A DNA stretch of 64,000 bases, taken from positions 96,001 to 160,000 of the forward strand of contig CAWBHS010000072.1 in assembly GCA_963788655.1 (NCBI GenBank), read 5' to 3'. A model generated the notes under the pieces. That model saw only the letters and a list, made by a program, of their open reading frames with translations. It did not search any database and was not told the origin of the DNA. Position 1 is the first letter of the stretch; every line of letters begins with the position of its first letter. Source of the DNA: an uncultured Verrucomicrobiae bacterium (GTDB lineage Bacteria > Verrucomicrobiota > Verrucomicrobiia > Limisphaerales > JAFGQR01). Below, piece by piece: positions 1 through 10,353 of the stretch. Position numbers and translations under genes: made by a program.

Positions 1-1
1 G

Positions 2-3000
2 ATGACCCGTTGGGCCAAGGACGTTTCTCCGCAAAAGGCGCATCCGGAATATCCCCGCCCCCAAATGGAGCGCCAACAATGGATGAACTTGAACGGCCTG
101 TGGGAATACGCCATCACGCCCAAGGACGCGCCCAAGCCCACGAAATGGGATGGCGAAATTTTGGTGCCCTTCCCGGTCGAATCCGCGCTGTCGGGCGTGA
201 TGAAGATGGTCGGCCCCGACCAGATGCTTTGGTACCACCGCACCTTCAAATTGCCGGCTGACTGGAAAGAAAAGCACGTGCTGCTGCACTTCGGCGCGGT
301 GGATTGGGAAAGCCGCGTCTGGGTCAACGGCTGGGAATACGGCCCGCACCGCGGCGGCTACGATGGCTTCAGCTACGACATCACCGACGTGCTCAAACCG
401 GAACTGCCGCAGGAAATTCTGGTGGCCGTTTGGGATCCCACCGACGCGGGCACGCAGCCGCGCGGCAAACAGGTGCGCAATCCCCACGGCATCTGGTACA
501 CCCCCACCAGCGGCATCTGGCAGACCGTGTGGCTGGAACCGGTCAACGCCAGTTACATCGAAAGTCTCAAGCTCGTGCCGGACATTGACAACGGCCGGAT
601 TAACGTGTCCGTGAAAACCCGCGGTGAAATGGTCGGCGCCACGGTCGAAACCACCGCCACCATTGGCAAAGATGAAGTGGGCAAAGTAGTCGGTGCTCCG
701 GATGAACTGCACAAAGTGCCCGTGCCCGACGCCAAGTTGTGGTCGCCCGATTCGCCCTTCCTTTACGACTTGAAGGTCATCCTGCGCGTCAACGGCAAGG
801 TCACTGATGAGGTCACCAGTTACTTCGGCATGCGCAAAAATTCCCTTTGCAAAGACGACTGACGGCACGTTGCATCTTTGCCTGAACAACCAGCCGCTCT
901 TCCAATTTGGTCCGCTCGACCAGGGCTTCTGGCCCGACGGCCTCTACACCGCGCCGACGGATGAAGCCCTTCGCTACGACATCGAAGTGACCAAGCAACT
1001 CGGTTTCAACCTGGCCCGCAAACACGTGAAGGTCGAGCCCGCCCGCTGGTACTACTGGTGCGATAAACTTGGCTTGCTGGTTTGGCAGGACATGCCCAGT
1101 GGGGACCGTTCCATTCGCCGGAATCAACGCGATCTTCAGCGTTCTCCAGAATCCGCGGCGCAATATGAAGCCGAACTCAAGGCCATGGTTGAAGGGCGGT
1201 TCAACCATCCCTGCATCGTAATGTGGGTGCCGTTCAACGAAGGCTGGGGCCAGTTCGACACCGCCCGGATCGTGGACCTCATCAAGCAATGGGATCCGAC
1301 GCGATTGGTCGATGATGCCTCCGGCTGGACGGATCGCGGGGTGGGCGACGTGATGGATATTCATCGCTATCCGGGGCCGGCGGCGCCGTCAATCGAAGCG
1401 AATCGCGCCGGCGTGCTGGGCGAATTCGGTGGCTTGGGTCTGCCGGTCAAAGGTCACACCTGGCAGGACGAAAAGAACTGGGGCTATCGCAGTTTCCAGA
1501 ACGCAGACCAACTCACCGAGGCCTATCTGGGGCTCATTGAAAAGCTGCATCCCTTGACCGGGCGCCCGGGACTGGCGGCGGCCGTTTACACGCAGACCAC
1601 CGACGTGGAAATCGAGGTCAATGGCTTGATGACGTATGACCGCGCCCAGATCAAAATGAATGCCGACGCCGTCGCGGCGGCCAACCAGAAAGTCTATGTC
1701 CCGCCGCAACCGCGTCGCGCCGAAGGCAACAAACTGGTACCGCCGGCCACGCCGCTGGTGGCTTGTGATCCGTATTTCAGCATCTGGTCGCAAGCGGACA
1801 AATTAACCGACGTGGACACCACGCATTGGACCGGCAAGCCGCAGCGGTTGTCCAGCTTGGTGCGGATCGATGGCCAGGCCTATCGCGTCATGGGTGCCGA
1901 ACCGCGCCGCGTGCCGGCGCTCGACGCAAACCAGTCTGACCGTGCTGCCGACGCGCACGATCTACAACGTTCGAAGGCGCGGGCGTGGCGCTGACGCTGA
2001 CGTTCATGACGGCGGCGCTGCCCGAGAACATCGACCTGCTGTCGCGACCGGTCACGTATCTCACTTATGATTTCAAGGCGACTGACGGCAAGACCCACGA
2101 CGTGCAAATCTATTTCGGCGCTTCGGGGGAACTGGCCGTCAACACTCCCGACCAGCCGGTAACCTGGTCCAGCGAAAAAGTCGGCGACCTGACGGCGTTG
2201 AAGGTTGGTTCGACCACCCAGCAGATTCTCGGCAAGAAAGGCGACGATCTCCGCATCGACTGGGGCTATCTCTACGTGGCGGCGCCATCCGGCGAAGTGG
2301 CTTCCCAGGTCTTCGCCGGGCCGGCTGTAACCCAAAGTGGTTTCGTGGAAAACGGCATGCGAGCGGTGCGGGTGCTCAGCTTCGAAGCGCCGGAGACGGG
2401 CGGGGATCTCTGCACGGCGATGGCAACGCGCAGCTTCCAAGTCGGCGAAGAAGCCACATCCCGCTGGCTCATGCTTGCCTACGACGATCTCTATTCGATC
2501 CAATACATGAAGCAGAACCTGCGGCCCTACTGGCGGCGCAACGGCTGGGAGGCGGCCGATCTGCTCAAGGCCTCGGCGAAGGATTACGAGTCGCTCAAGC
2601 AGCGTTGTGCCGCGTTCGACGACGAACTGATGGCCGACCTCACCCGCGACGGCGGCGAGAAATACGCCAAGATTGCCGCGCTGGCGTACCGCCAGTGTTT
2701 CGCCGCCGGCAAGTTCGTGGCGGACGCGAACGGCCAGCCGCTCCAGTTCTGCAAGGAGAACCATTCCAACGGCTGCATCGGCACGTCGGACGTGTTCTAC
2801 CCGATGTCCCCGCAGTTCCTGCTGTTCGGCCCGTCGCTGGCCAAGTCGTTCCTCGTGCCGTTCATGAATTACGCGGCCAGCGACGCTGGACGTTTCCCTT
2901 CGCGCCGCACGACCTCGGCACTTACCCGAAGGCCAACGGCCAGGTCTATGGCGGCGGCGAACGCGGCGAGGACAACCAGATGCCCGTCGAGGAAAGCGGC

Positions 3001-4244
3001 AACCTGCTGATCCTGATGGCGGCCATCGCGCAGATGGAAGGCAACGCCGACTTCGCCGGGCTTTATTGGCCGCAGCTGGAGAAGTGGGCGGAGTATCTCA
3101 AGGACAAGGGATTTGATCCGGAAAACCAGCTTTGCACCGACGACTTCGCCGGGCACCTCGCGCACAACGTCAACCTGTCGCGCCAAGGCGATTTGCGGCC
3201 TGGGCTGCGTTTGCGCAAACTGTGCGACCTGCGCGGCGACCAGGCCCAGGCCGACGAGTATTCGAAGCTCGCCAAAGAGTTTGCCGCAGCGATGGATCGA
3301 AGGAGGCCGACGACGGCGATCATTTCCGGCTGGCCTTCGACAGGCCCGGCACCTGGAGCCAGAAATACAACCTGGTCTGGGACCGCATCCTCGGCCTGGA
3401 CCTGTTTCCCGCGAAGCCGTCAAGCGAAAGGAGATGGACTATCTACCAGAAGGTCGCAGAACCACTACGGCCTGCCGCTCGACAATCGACGGACCTACAC
3501 CAAGCTCGACTGGGTGCTCTGGACCGCCACGCTCACGCAGAACCGCGACGACTTCGAATGCGCTGGTGGATCCGGTCTTTCGGTTCCTCAACGAGACGCC
3601 CGACCGTTCGCCGATGACCGACTGGTATTTCACCACCGACGCCCGCAAACGTCGGCTTCACCGCGCGGCCGGTGGTGGGCGGCGTGTTCCTGCAGATGCT
3701 CTACGACGATGCGACTTGGAAGAAATACGCCAGCCGCGACAAGACCAAGGCCTCCGGTTGGGCGCCGATGCCCAAGCCGCCGAAAATTGTGACGGTGGTT
3801 CCCACCGCGCAGCAGGAGGCGGTTACGTGGCGTTACACCACCACCAAGCCTGGCGATAATTGGTTTCAACCGGGCTTCGACGACTCCTCCTGGAAACAAG
3901 GACCGGCGGGCTTCGGCACCCGCGGCACGCCGGGCGCCGTCGTGCGCACCGTGTGGAACACCCCGGACATCTGGCTCCGCCGCGAACTGACTTTGCCCGA
4001 AGGCAAAACTGACGATCTCCAATTGCTGGCCCACCACGACGAAGACATGACGGTGTATCTCAATGGTGTGCTCGCCGCGAGCGCCGGCGGTTACACCTCC
4101 GGTTATGATCCGTTTCCGATGAGCGCCGCTGCGTTGGCCGCGCTCAAGCCTGGCAAGAACGTCATCGCCATCCATTGCCACCAGACGACGGGCGGGCAGT
4201 ACATCGACGTTGGGTTGGCCAAGGTCATCGAAGTGGACGAGTAG
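2..4244 (+). CDS. Multidomain glycoside hydrolase: GH2 (sugar-binding domain + TIM barrel) fused to a GtaA/glutaminase-A-like module (DUF4964/DUF5127/DUF4965/DUF1793) and a C-terminal galactose-binding-like domain; probably 5'-truncated by the window, split by many frameshifts
   Basis: ORF pieces 2-862 ([29 protein letters not shown]), 807-1994 ([30 protein letters not shown], then [16 protein letters not shown]), 1985-3010 ([15 protein letters not shown]), 2605-3792 ([25 protein letters not shown]), 3672-4244 (WRYTT..P...[22 protein letters not shown]). Confidence 0.8.
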
Positions 4245-4317
4245 GCGGGTGGCGCAATAGCGCGCATCACTTGGTACGCCTGGCGGAATCGACCGGGGTC
4301 TTCAGACTTCCGCCAGG

Positions 4318-4522
4318 TTTTGGAGTGCGGCAGTCCTCTGCCGCTTTCGAACGAAAGGTACCTCCCCAAGCCAGTCACCGCGTCCGCCTACCTTGTCCCG
4401 CGCTCCCTTGCGTGCGAAAGCGCCGGCAAGCCGGACGCACTCCAAACGCTGGCGCGACGATGTGGCGGACCTTGTCGAACGTCGCGCCAGCGTTTGGAGT
4501 GCGTGGAGCTTGCTCCCGCTTT
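4318..4522. repeat. REP-like inverted-repeat cluster (GGAGTGCG family)
   Basis: AAAGCGCCGGCAAGCCGGACGCACTCCAAACGCTGGCGCGA (~4417-4457) faces TCGCGCCAGCGTTTGGAGTGCGTGGAGCTTGCTCCCGCTTTC (~4482-4522); the same family recurs at ~44510-44623 and ~49108-49213. Confidence 0.8.
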
Positions 4523-4639
4523 CGTAGGAAGCAAGACGTGTAAATCGCCGACGAGGTCCAACGTTCACCAACCCCATGAAGAATGTATTTCTGCCATTCG
4601 ACAGCGGCATGGAACCGACTCACGTGCGAGTTCAGCCAG

Positions 4640-5014
4640 CTAAATGGGCCTCAGCTTGATCTGGAGCTCTTGCTCAAGCGCCTTGAAATCGCCTTCCTTG
4701 TCGAACGAAAACACCAGTCTGAAGTTTTCGTTCATGTCCGCCACGGCATCGAGCCAGCACTTCTTCCCGCGCCCAATCTCAAACTCCAACAACGCCTGGG
4801 CGACCTCGTCGTATCCCGCTTACGCCCCGGCCATTATCCAGCGCCACGGCAGCGCCAGGAGTTCCCTTTCCGGCGACCGGGCTTGGCCGGTGGGGAACAC
4901 CACGCTGTGCCTGAGCATTGATTTCTTCTTGAGCGAATCGCGAAAAGCGCGCAGGCCCGCCCCGTTGGCACTGGTCACCTTGCGGCTGCGAACGGACTGG
5001 TCCTCAATCATCAC
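4640..5014 (-). pseudogene. Possible gene remnant with an in-frame TAA
   Basis: ORF 4820-5014 stops at TAA, but the same frame continues with protein-like sequence (AGYDEVAQALLEFEIGRGKKCWLDAVADMNENFRLVFSFDKEGDFKALEQELQIKLRPI*). Confidence 0.3.
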
Positions 5015-5110
5015 CCCCGTTGGTATGGACGCGCCAACGTTCTCCGGAACACAAAACTGAGCTTGCCACCCCCACGAGCAACCCGGAGGATATTACACCA
5101 CAATGCGATT

Positions 5111-6583
5111 ATGAGTGTTCCGCGTAATGCGCCCTGTCCATGCGGCAGCGGCAAGAAATACAAGAAATGCTGTCTCGCCAAAGACGAAACGGCCGCCCGG
5201 GAAAAGGCCCAGGCCGAAGCACGGGCCGCCGAAACGGCCCGTCAGGCGGAAGCGGCTGCCCAACTGGCGCGCCAGGAAGAAGCCGATCGCCAATGGAAAG
5301 AGCAGCGTCAAGCGGATCTGGTTCTCGATGACGAAGAGGGGGCGGCCGAGTCTGCCGAGATGCCGCTTGATCCGGAATGGCCACCGTTGGCAGCGGAGGA
5401 TCAGCAGCTCGTGAATGATTGGTGGGCCGCCGTCGAGCCGCTGTACGCTGACAAGGACACCCAAGCGCAATGTGGCCAATTACTGGAACGAACACTGGCC
5501 TTTCTGGACCAGCACCCGCGACTCTTTCGCTACCTGTATCTCCAGGAAGAGTTCCTGTTCCAACTCGAGGCTGATCTGGCCGTCGCCGGACGCACGGAGG
5601 ATTATCTGGCGCTGCTGCGTCGGCTCCGCCGGGAGCAACCGGAGATGTATTTCGAAGTCTTCGGCGACTTCGATCGTCAGTTGATCACCGAGGCGTTGCG
5701 GACAGGTCGCCACGAAGAAATCTCCACCTGGCTCGACTTGTTCCGGCAGCATCCGGTCAAAGAAATCGATGAACTGGCGAAGGTGGTGGACCTGCTGGCG
5801 TGGTGCGGTTGCGAAACGGAATTGCGCACGTTGCTTACGGACACCGCCCAAACCATCGCGGCTTCGCCCGAAGTATTGGGGGGTGACTTCGGCTTGTATT
5901 GGTTGACCCATCTCGCCATCATTCCCTTCCTGGAAGCCGGCAATACCGCGCCGGAAACAATTGCCCAAGCCAGTCGCACGGGAGCCGCCGTTGGCTATAC
6001 GGAGGATTCGGTAAAGACCCAAAACTGGCTGCTCCGTGCCGTGACGTTGTCTTCCCGGTCCGCGGCCGAAGCCAGATTGGACCTCAAGCAATCGAACGAA
6101 CGGCTTCACGGCGACACCGCCTGGAACTTCACCGGCTGGCTGCGCCGGACCAAGGGCTGCAATTGGACCCGCGCCCGCTTCCTCGCCGACTCCATGTTGG
6201 GGTATTGGGCTTGGAACGACGGCCAGAAGAAGAGACGCCCCAGTCCTTTTGGCTTGAGCGAGTCACGCTTGGACGATTACCTCGGTCAGCGCTGCCGTGA
6301 CTTCATGGGTTTGAACGGGATACGGGTTCTCTCCACGTTGCAAGCATTTCACTACTTCACGGAATATCTCCTGGCCCACGATTACTTCAGCCCCGCTGAT
6401 GCCAGCCGGTTGCAGTCGGCGGCGACCAGATTTTACGAAACCGTCCACAGCGTCGCGGCCCCCAGCGATCCTGCGTTCCGTCTCTATCCCACGTACGATG
6501 CGCTGGTCAACGGCCCAACGCCGCCACCCGTTTCCTCCATGGAGTCCGGTGTCGTCCCTGGTCCAACTCCAACGCCGCAATGA
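5111..6583 (+). CDS. SEC-C zinc-binding motif protein (N-terminal SEC-C, helical body)
   Basis: [18 protein letters not shown] at the N-terminus, then an Ala/Glu-rich coiled segment. Confidence 0.8.
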   Translation: MSVPRNAPCPCGSGKKYKKCCLAKDETAAREKAQAEARAAETARQAEAAAQLARQEEADRQWKEQRQADLVLDDEEGAAESAEMPLDPEWPPLAAEDQQLVNDWWAAVEPLYADKDTQAQCGQLLERTLAFLDQHPRLFRYLYLQEEFLFQLEADLAVAGRTEDYLALLRRLRREQPEMYFEVFGDFDRQLITEALRTGRHEEISTWLDLFRQHPVKEIDELAKVVDLLAWCGCETELRTLLTDTAQTIAASPEVLGGDFGLYWLTHLAIIPFLEAGNTAPETIAQASRTGAAVGYTEDSVKTQNWLLRAVTLSSRSAAEARLDLKQSNERLHGDTAWNFTGWLRRTKGCNWTRARFLADSMLGYWAWNDGQKKRRPSPFGLSESRLDDYLGQRCRDFMGLNGIRVLSTLQAFHYFTEYLLAHDYFSPADASRLQSAATRFYETVHSVAAPSDPAFRLYPTYDALVNGPTPPPVSSMESGVVPGPTPTPQ

Positions 6584-6682
6584 GCCCAAAATCCAAGGTG
6601 CGAACTTTTGCGCCAATGCCATCGTCAATGTCCCCTGCTATCGGACTTTGAATTTCGGATTTCGGGTTTATCCTGCGTCTCG

Positions 6683-8731
6683 ATGCAAGCGTTGATCGAA
6701 CAAGCACGTCAGTGTGAATTCTACCGGACTGCCCTGGAGGATTTGGCGCGGGCGTTGCCGTCCGATGACGGCGAATTGAACGCGGTGATCACGGAGGCGA
6801 TTGCCGCCCGCGACGAGCGCGCGTTCCGGAGCCTGTTCTTCGCGGCGATCGGTACGGGACGCCAAGTGGACGCCCAACACCTGGCCGAAGGTAGCGCCTT
6901 GTTCGAGGAACCGAATCAACTGCTCCATGCGGCGCGAGCTTGTGTCGGCGACGTGGCGAGTGCTTTGCTGGCCGCGGTCCAAGCCGGCCGGATGGGCGTG
7001 GAACGTGAAGCGAGCGCGCTCTTGCTGGCCTGGATTTGGTGCGAAGACCACAAGGCTGCCGTTCCGGCGGGATTCTGGGCAACCGCGCGCAGTCTGGCGC
7101 GACGAACCAGCGGAGACGTGCTAACCCAGAGTATGCTGGTGGGGCTGGCGCGTGGGAGCAAGGACGAAGGGCTTACCGCCATATTGGGCACCAACCGGGC
7201 GCCAGGGATGCTTGAAACGGCGGAGCACGTACTGCCCATGTGCCGCGAGATGTACCAAGGATCGCCGTGGGAGGCGGTGCCGGAGCGCCGCCCGCCCACC
7301 ATGCTTTCCGGATACACCGTCCGCCGGGCCGTGCCGCGGGTGGGCCGCAACGATCCGTGTCCCTGCGGTAGTGGCAAGAAATACAAGAAATGTTGTTTTG
7401 AAAAGGACCAACAACGACTCCTGCAATCCTCGGCCGTGGCCGGGATGACGGTGGACGAATGGCGTACTCAGCCGGAAATGGCGCTGACCATTGACCGCCT
7501 GCGCCAGATGCGTTCCTACGAACTGGTGAAGCTCGATCCCGTCAAGGTGCCGCCCGAATTGCACGAACACTTTTTGGACCGGCTGCTTGTGTTCAAAGAA
7601 CACGAGACGATCATCCGATATTTCGAAACCATTCCCTTTCATGAGGATCTTGAATTCTATTGGGATTGGGCCATTGAAACGGCCGGTAGCGACCGGCAAC
7701 TCGAGGTGGCCCGGCGTTTGTTGGCCGTGCGCCCGGGATTTGATCCGACGCAACTGCCCCTGAACGTGCGCCTGTTGCTGGCGGGCGACGAAGGGGCCGC
7801 GCTGCTGGATCTGGTCGAAGCCGAAGCGCGCCTTGGCCTGCGCGACGGGGACGGTCCCTCCGCCATGGTGCCCCTGGCGTACTCGCTGCTGGAGAGCCGC
7901 GCCCCGGCGCTCGGCGTGCTGGTCGCTCGCGGTTTGTTACCTTTGGTCGGTCCCATGGACGGCGATATGTTGCTGGATTCCCTGTTACAAGCCCGGGACC
8001 AGCTCGAATTGAGCAGCGACGATCCGATTGAAAAGATCTTCCAGGAGCGTTTTACCGAGGCGGAAGAAGCGCCGCGCGAATCGGAAGCGATGGCAGCGGT
8101 GCAGCGGGATCTCGAGTCCAAGAGCGACCAAGTCAACCGACTGCGCGCGGAACTCAAGAGTGTTTATCGCGAAATGGAAAAACGCCGACATCGCGCAACG
8201 GTGACGGCGGTCGAAACCAAGCCCGTTGCCCCAGACGACAGCGCCATGACCGAATTGCGGGCCAAGATCAATTCCTTGCAGAGCATGCTCAAGGAGCGAC
8301 ATGGCGAACGAAATCAACTGCGCCGCGAGCTGCAGCGAGCGCACGAACAACTCGCCCGGACCGCGCCGTCGCCACCCGTGGCGGAGCCGAAAGCCGACGC
8401 CGCTAATCGGGAAGACGAGCTATTGCTCGCGGAACCCACGCTTGGAAAACAGCCGGTGCGTGTTCCCGAGTTCCCGGCGAAATTCGCCCACACGATGGCT
8501 GATCTGCCCCGTTCGGTCGTGCGCGCCGCATTGGTGCTGACGGCGCGGTTGGCGGCGGGCGAAGCGGCTGCGTTTGTCGGTCTCCGACCGCTGCGGGCGT
8601 GGCCTGAAGTGTATCGGCAACGGGTGGGCGGCGATTATCGGTTGCTCTTTCGCTTGCACGCCGACCGGCTCGAAGTGGTGGACTTGATCAACCGCCGCGA
8701 TCTCGAACGCACGATTAAGAGCCGGGGTTGA
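6683..8731 (+). CDS. SEC-C motif protein with coiled coil and C-terminal RelE/ParE-like domain
   Basis: [19 protein letters not shown] internally; heptad-rich segment in the C-terminal third; C-terminus [32 protein letters not shown]. Confidence 0.75.
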   Translation: MQALIEQARQCEFYRTALEDLARALPSDDGELNAVITEAIAARDERAFRSLFFAAIGTGRQVDAQHLAEGSALFEEPNQLLHAARACVGDVASALLAAVQAGRMGVEREASALLLAWIWCEDHKAAVPAGFWATARSLARRTSGDVLTQSMLVGLARGSKDEGLTAILGTNRAPGMLETAEHVLPMCREMYQGSPWEAVPERRPPTMLSGYTVRRAVPRVGRNDPCPCGSGKKYKKCCFEKDQQRLLQSSAVAGMTVDEWRTQPEMALTIDRLRQMRSYELVKLDPVKVPPELHEHFLDRLLVFKEHETIIRYFETIPFHEDLEFYWDWAIETAGSDRQLEVARRLLAVRPGFDPTQLPLNVRLLLAGDEGAALLDLVEAEARLGLRDGDGPSAMVPLAYSLLESRAPALGVLVARGLLPLVGPMDGDMLLDSLLQARDQLELSSDDPIEKIFQERFTEAEEAPRESEAMAAVQRDLESKSDQVNRLRAELKSVYREMEKRRHRATVTAVETKPVAPDDSAMTELRAKINSLQSMLKERHGERNQLRRELQRAHEQLARTAPSPPVAEPKADAANREDELLLAEPTLGKQPVRVPEFPAKFAHTMADLPRSVVRAALVLTARLAAGEAAAFVGLRPLRAWPEVYRQRVGGDYRLLFRLHADRLEVVDLINRRDLERTIKSRG

Positions 8732-8764
8732 GAGGACCCAAAGGCGCTTCTTTGACGGCGGATT

Positions 8765-9253
8765 TCACGGGTTCAATTCCTCAAAGCATTGCTCGGCGGC
8801 ATTCTTCCGACTGCGCGCCGGATCGAAGATGCGACCATTCATGGCCAGATAAACGCCGGGTGGCAGGGATTGCACGGCGGCCACCGCGGTGCCGAGGTTG
8901 AAGACCGCATCGGTCCCACGAAACCGCGCCGGCTGCATGGCCCCAGTCAGGACGATGGTCTTGCCCGACAGGCCGTGCAAAGTGAGCGCGGTTTGAATCA
9001 TCGTGTCCGTGCCGTGGGTGATGACGATCCGCGTGGAAGGTTCGGCGGCCACCCGGTCGCGGATGAGCTGGCGGTCGGCGTCGGTCAGTTCGAGACTGTC
9101 TTTGCGCAGGAGCGTTTCCACCTCGAAATCAAACCGGACGTTGACGTTGCGCAGCAACTCCATCACCTGCGGTGGCCCGACCTGGTATTCACTGCGCGCG
9201 TCGAAATAGATTTTGTCGATGGTTCCGCCGGTGGTGATGAATTTAATTTTCAC
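8765..9253 (-). CDS. Small single-domain asparaginase-family protein
   Basis: TTGGTIDK, ITHGTDTM, VLTGAMQP motifs; GTG start inferred. Confidence 0.85.
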   Translation of the reverse strand: MKIKFITTGGTIDKIYFDARSEYQVGPPQVMELLRNVNVRFDFEVETLLRKDSLELTDADRQLIRDRVAAEPSTRIVITHGTDTMIQTALTLHGLSGKTIVLTGAMQPARFRGTDAVFNLGTAVAAVQSLPPGVYLAMNGRIFDPARSRKNAAEQCFEELNP

Positions 9254-9258
9254 GGCCC

Positions 9259-9591
9259 CTACAAAGCCGAGTCGGCCTTCGCGGCAAAAACGAAATCGCT
9301 CTCGGACAGGCCGTCGATTTTGTGGGTCCAAATCTGGAGCCGGACTTGTCCCCAGGTCAGGTAGATATCGGGGTGGTGATTCTGCTCCTCGGCGACCTTT
9401 CCCACCCGATTGGTGAAGTCCAGTGCTTCCTGGAAATTCTTGAACGAGTAGCTCTTTTCCAGGTGGTGCTCATTGCGGACCTGCCACTCGTTGCCCAGTT
9501 GGTCGTGGAGTTGCTTGAGTTGATCGCCTTTCAAAGGAGGGACGTCGCCGGCGCACGCCTGGCATTGTTTGTTCGCGAGTTCGGATGACAT
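9259..9591 (-). CDS. phhB: Pterin-4-alpha-carbinolamine dehydratase
   Basis: AEEQNHHPDI..WG.V...IWTHKIDGLSESDF signature. Confidence 0.9.
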   Translation of the reverse strand: MSSELANKQCQACAGDVPPLKGDQLKQLHDQLGNEWQVRNEHHLEKSYSFKNFQEALDFTNRVGKVAEEQNHHPDIYLTWGQVRLQIWTHKIDGLSESDFVFAAKADSAL

Positions 9592-9863
9592 ATTCTTCGT
9601 TGGTTGTTCGGTTATCGGTTTCGTTCGTTTCGGTTCTCGATCCGCCGGCGGAAGCCTTCGCTTTTGAGCTTCGGCCCACGGTCACCGGTTCTCATCATTC
9701 AAATTAGCCGCCAACGGGCAAACCAAAATCAGGGTAAGGCGGAATTGGCCCGGCGCAATACCCGAGCGAAAAGGGCTCGCCGCCACCACCAATCAACGGC
9801 AACGTGGCCGCAAGTTGCGACGAAAGTCTTTGCCCGCAGCGTGGCCCTAACCGCAAAAGGTTT

Positions 9864-9957
9864 GGACGGCTTGATTCACCGCCAAGACACGAAGAGCGCA
9901 AAGGTTTCAGCAACATCCTTTGCGCCCTTCGTGTCTTGGCGGTGAATCAAGCCGTCC
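9864..9957. repeat. Long intergenic hairpin (41-bp arms, 1 mismatch, 12-nt loop)
   Basis: GGACGGCTTGATTCACCGCCAAGACACGAAGAGCGCAAAGG ... CCTTTGCGCCCTTCGTGTCTTGGCGGTGAATCAAGCCGTCC. Confidence 0.85.
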
Positions 9958-10047
9958 GCCCGCTGCCAGGCTATTCGATGTCGATTTTCGTATTTCCTGG
10001 GCTACGGTTTCACACCGATGCGCTCTTTGTTCTGGGTGGTGAACCAA

Positions 10048-10326
10048 CTACTTTTCTTGGAATCCCGCTGAAGACGCTGGTCGCCGCCAAATTACCGTGC
10101 CGTCCTTGACGACTTCCCGGACGCGATGAAAGGGGATGCGATGCACTTGGCCTTCGGCGTCGGTCAATTGAAACAAATGTCGGGCGTCCGCGGGAAAATC
10201 CAGTTCCCGATATTCCACGCGGACAATCGCCTTGGTCACCCGGTCATAGTAGCCGATCAGAAAATGGCCTTGCCCAAAGTCCGCGTCCCACCGGATTCGA
10301 TTCAGCAATTCATGGATGGGAAGCAT
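10048..10326 (-). CDS. DUF504 / MJ1316 (predicted RNA cyclic-end recognition) domain protein
   Basis: LLNRIRWD...IGYYDR...IPFHRVR.V...G.VIW.R pattern. Confidence 0.75.
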   Translation of the reverse strand: MLPIHELLNRIRWDADFGQGHFLIGYYDRVTKAIVRVEYRELDFPADARHLFQLTDAEGQVHRIPFHRVREVVKDGTVIWRRPASSAGFQEK

Positions 10327-10353
10327 AATGGGCTTGGAAAACTGAAATGCCGG

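Noticed and set aside
8765..9253. Truncated asparaginase pseudogene
   Set aside because: Short single-domain asparaginase-like proteins are a known family; motifs and ORF ends look intact
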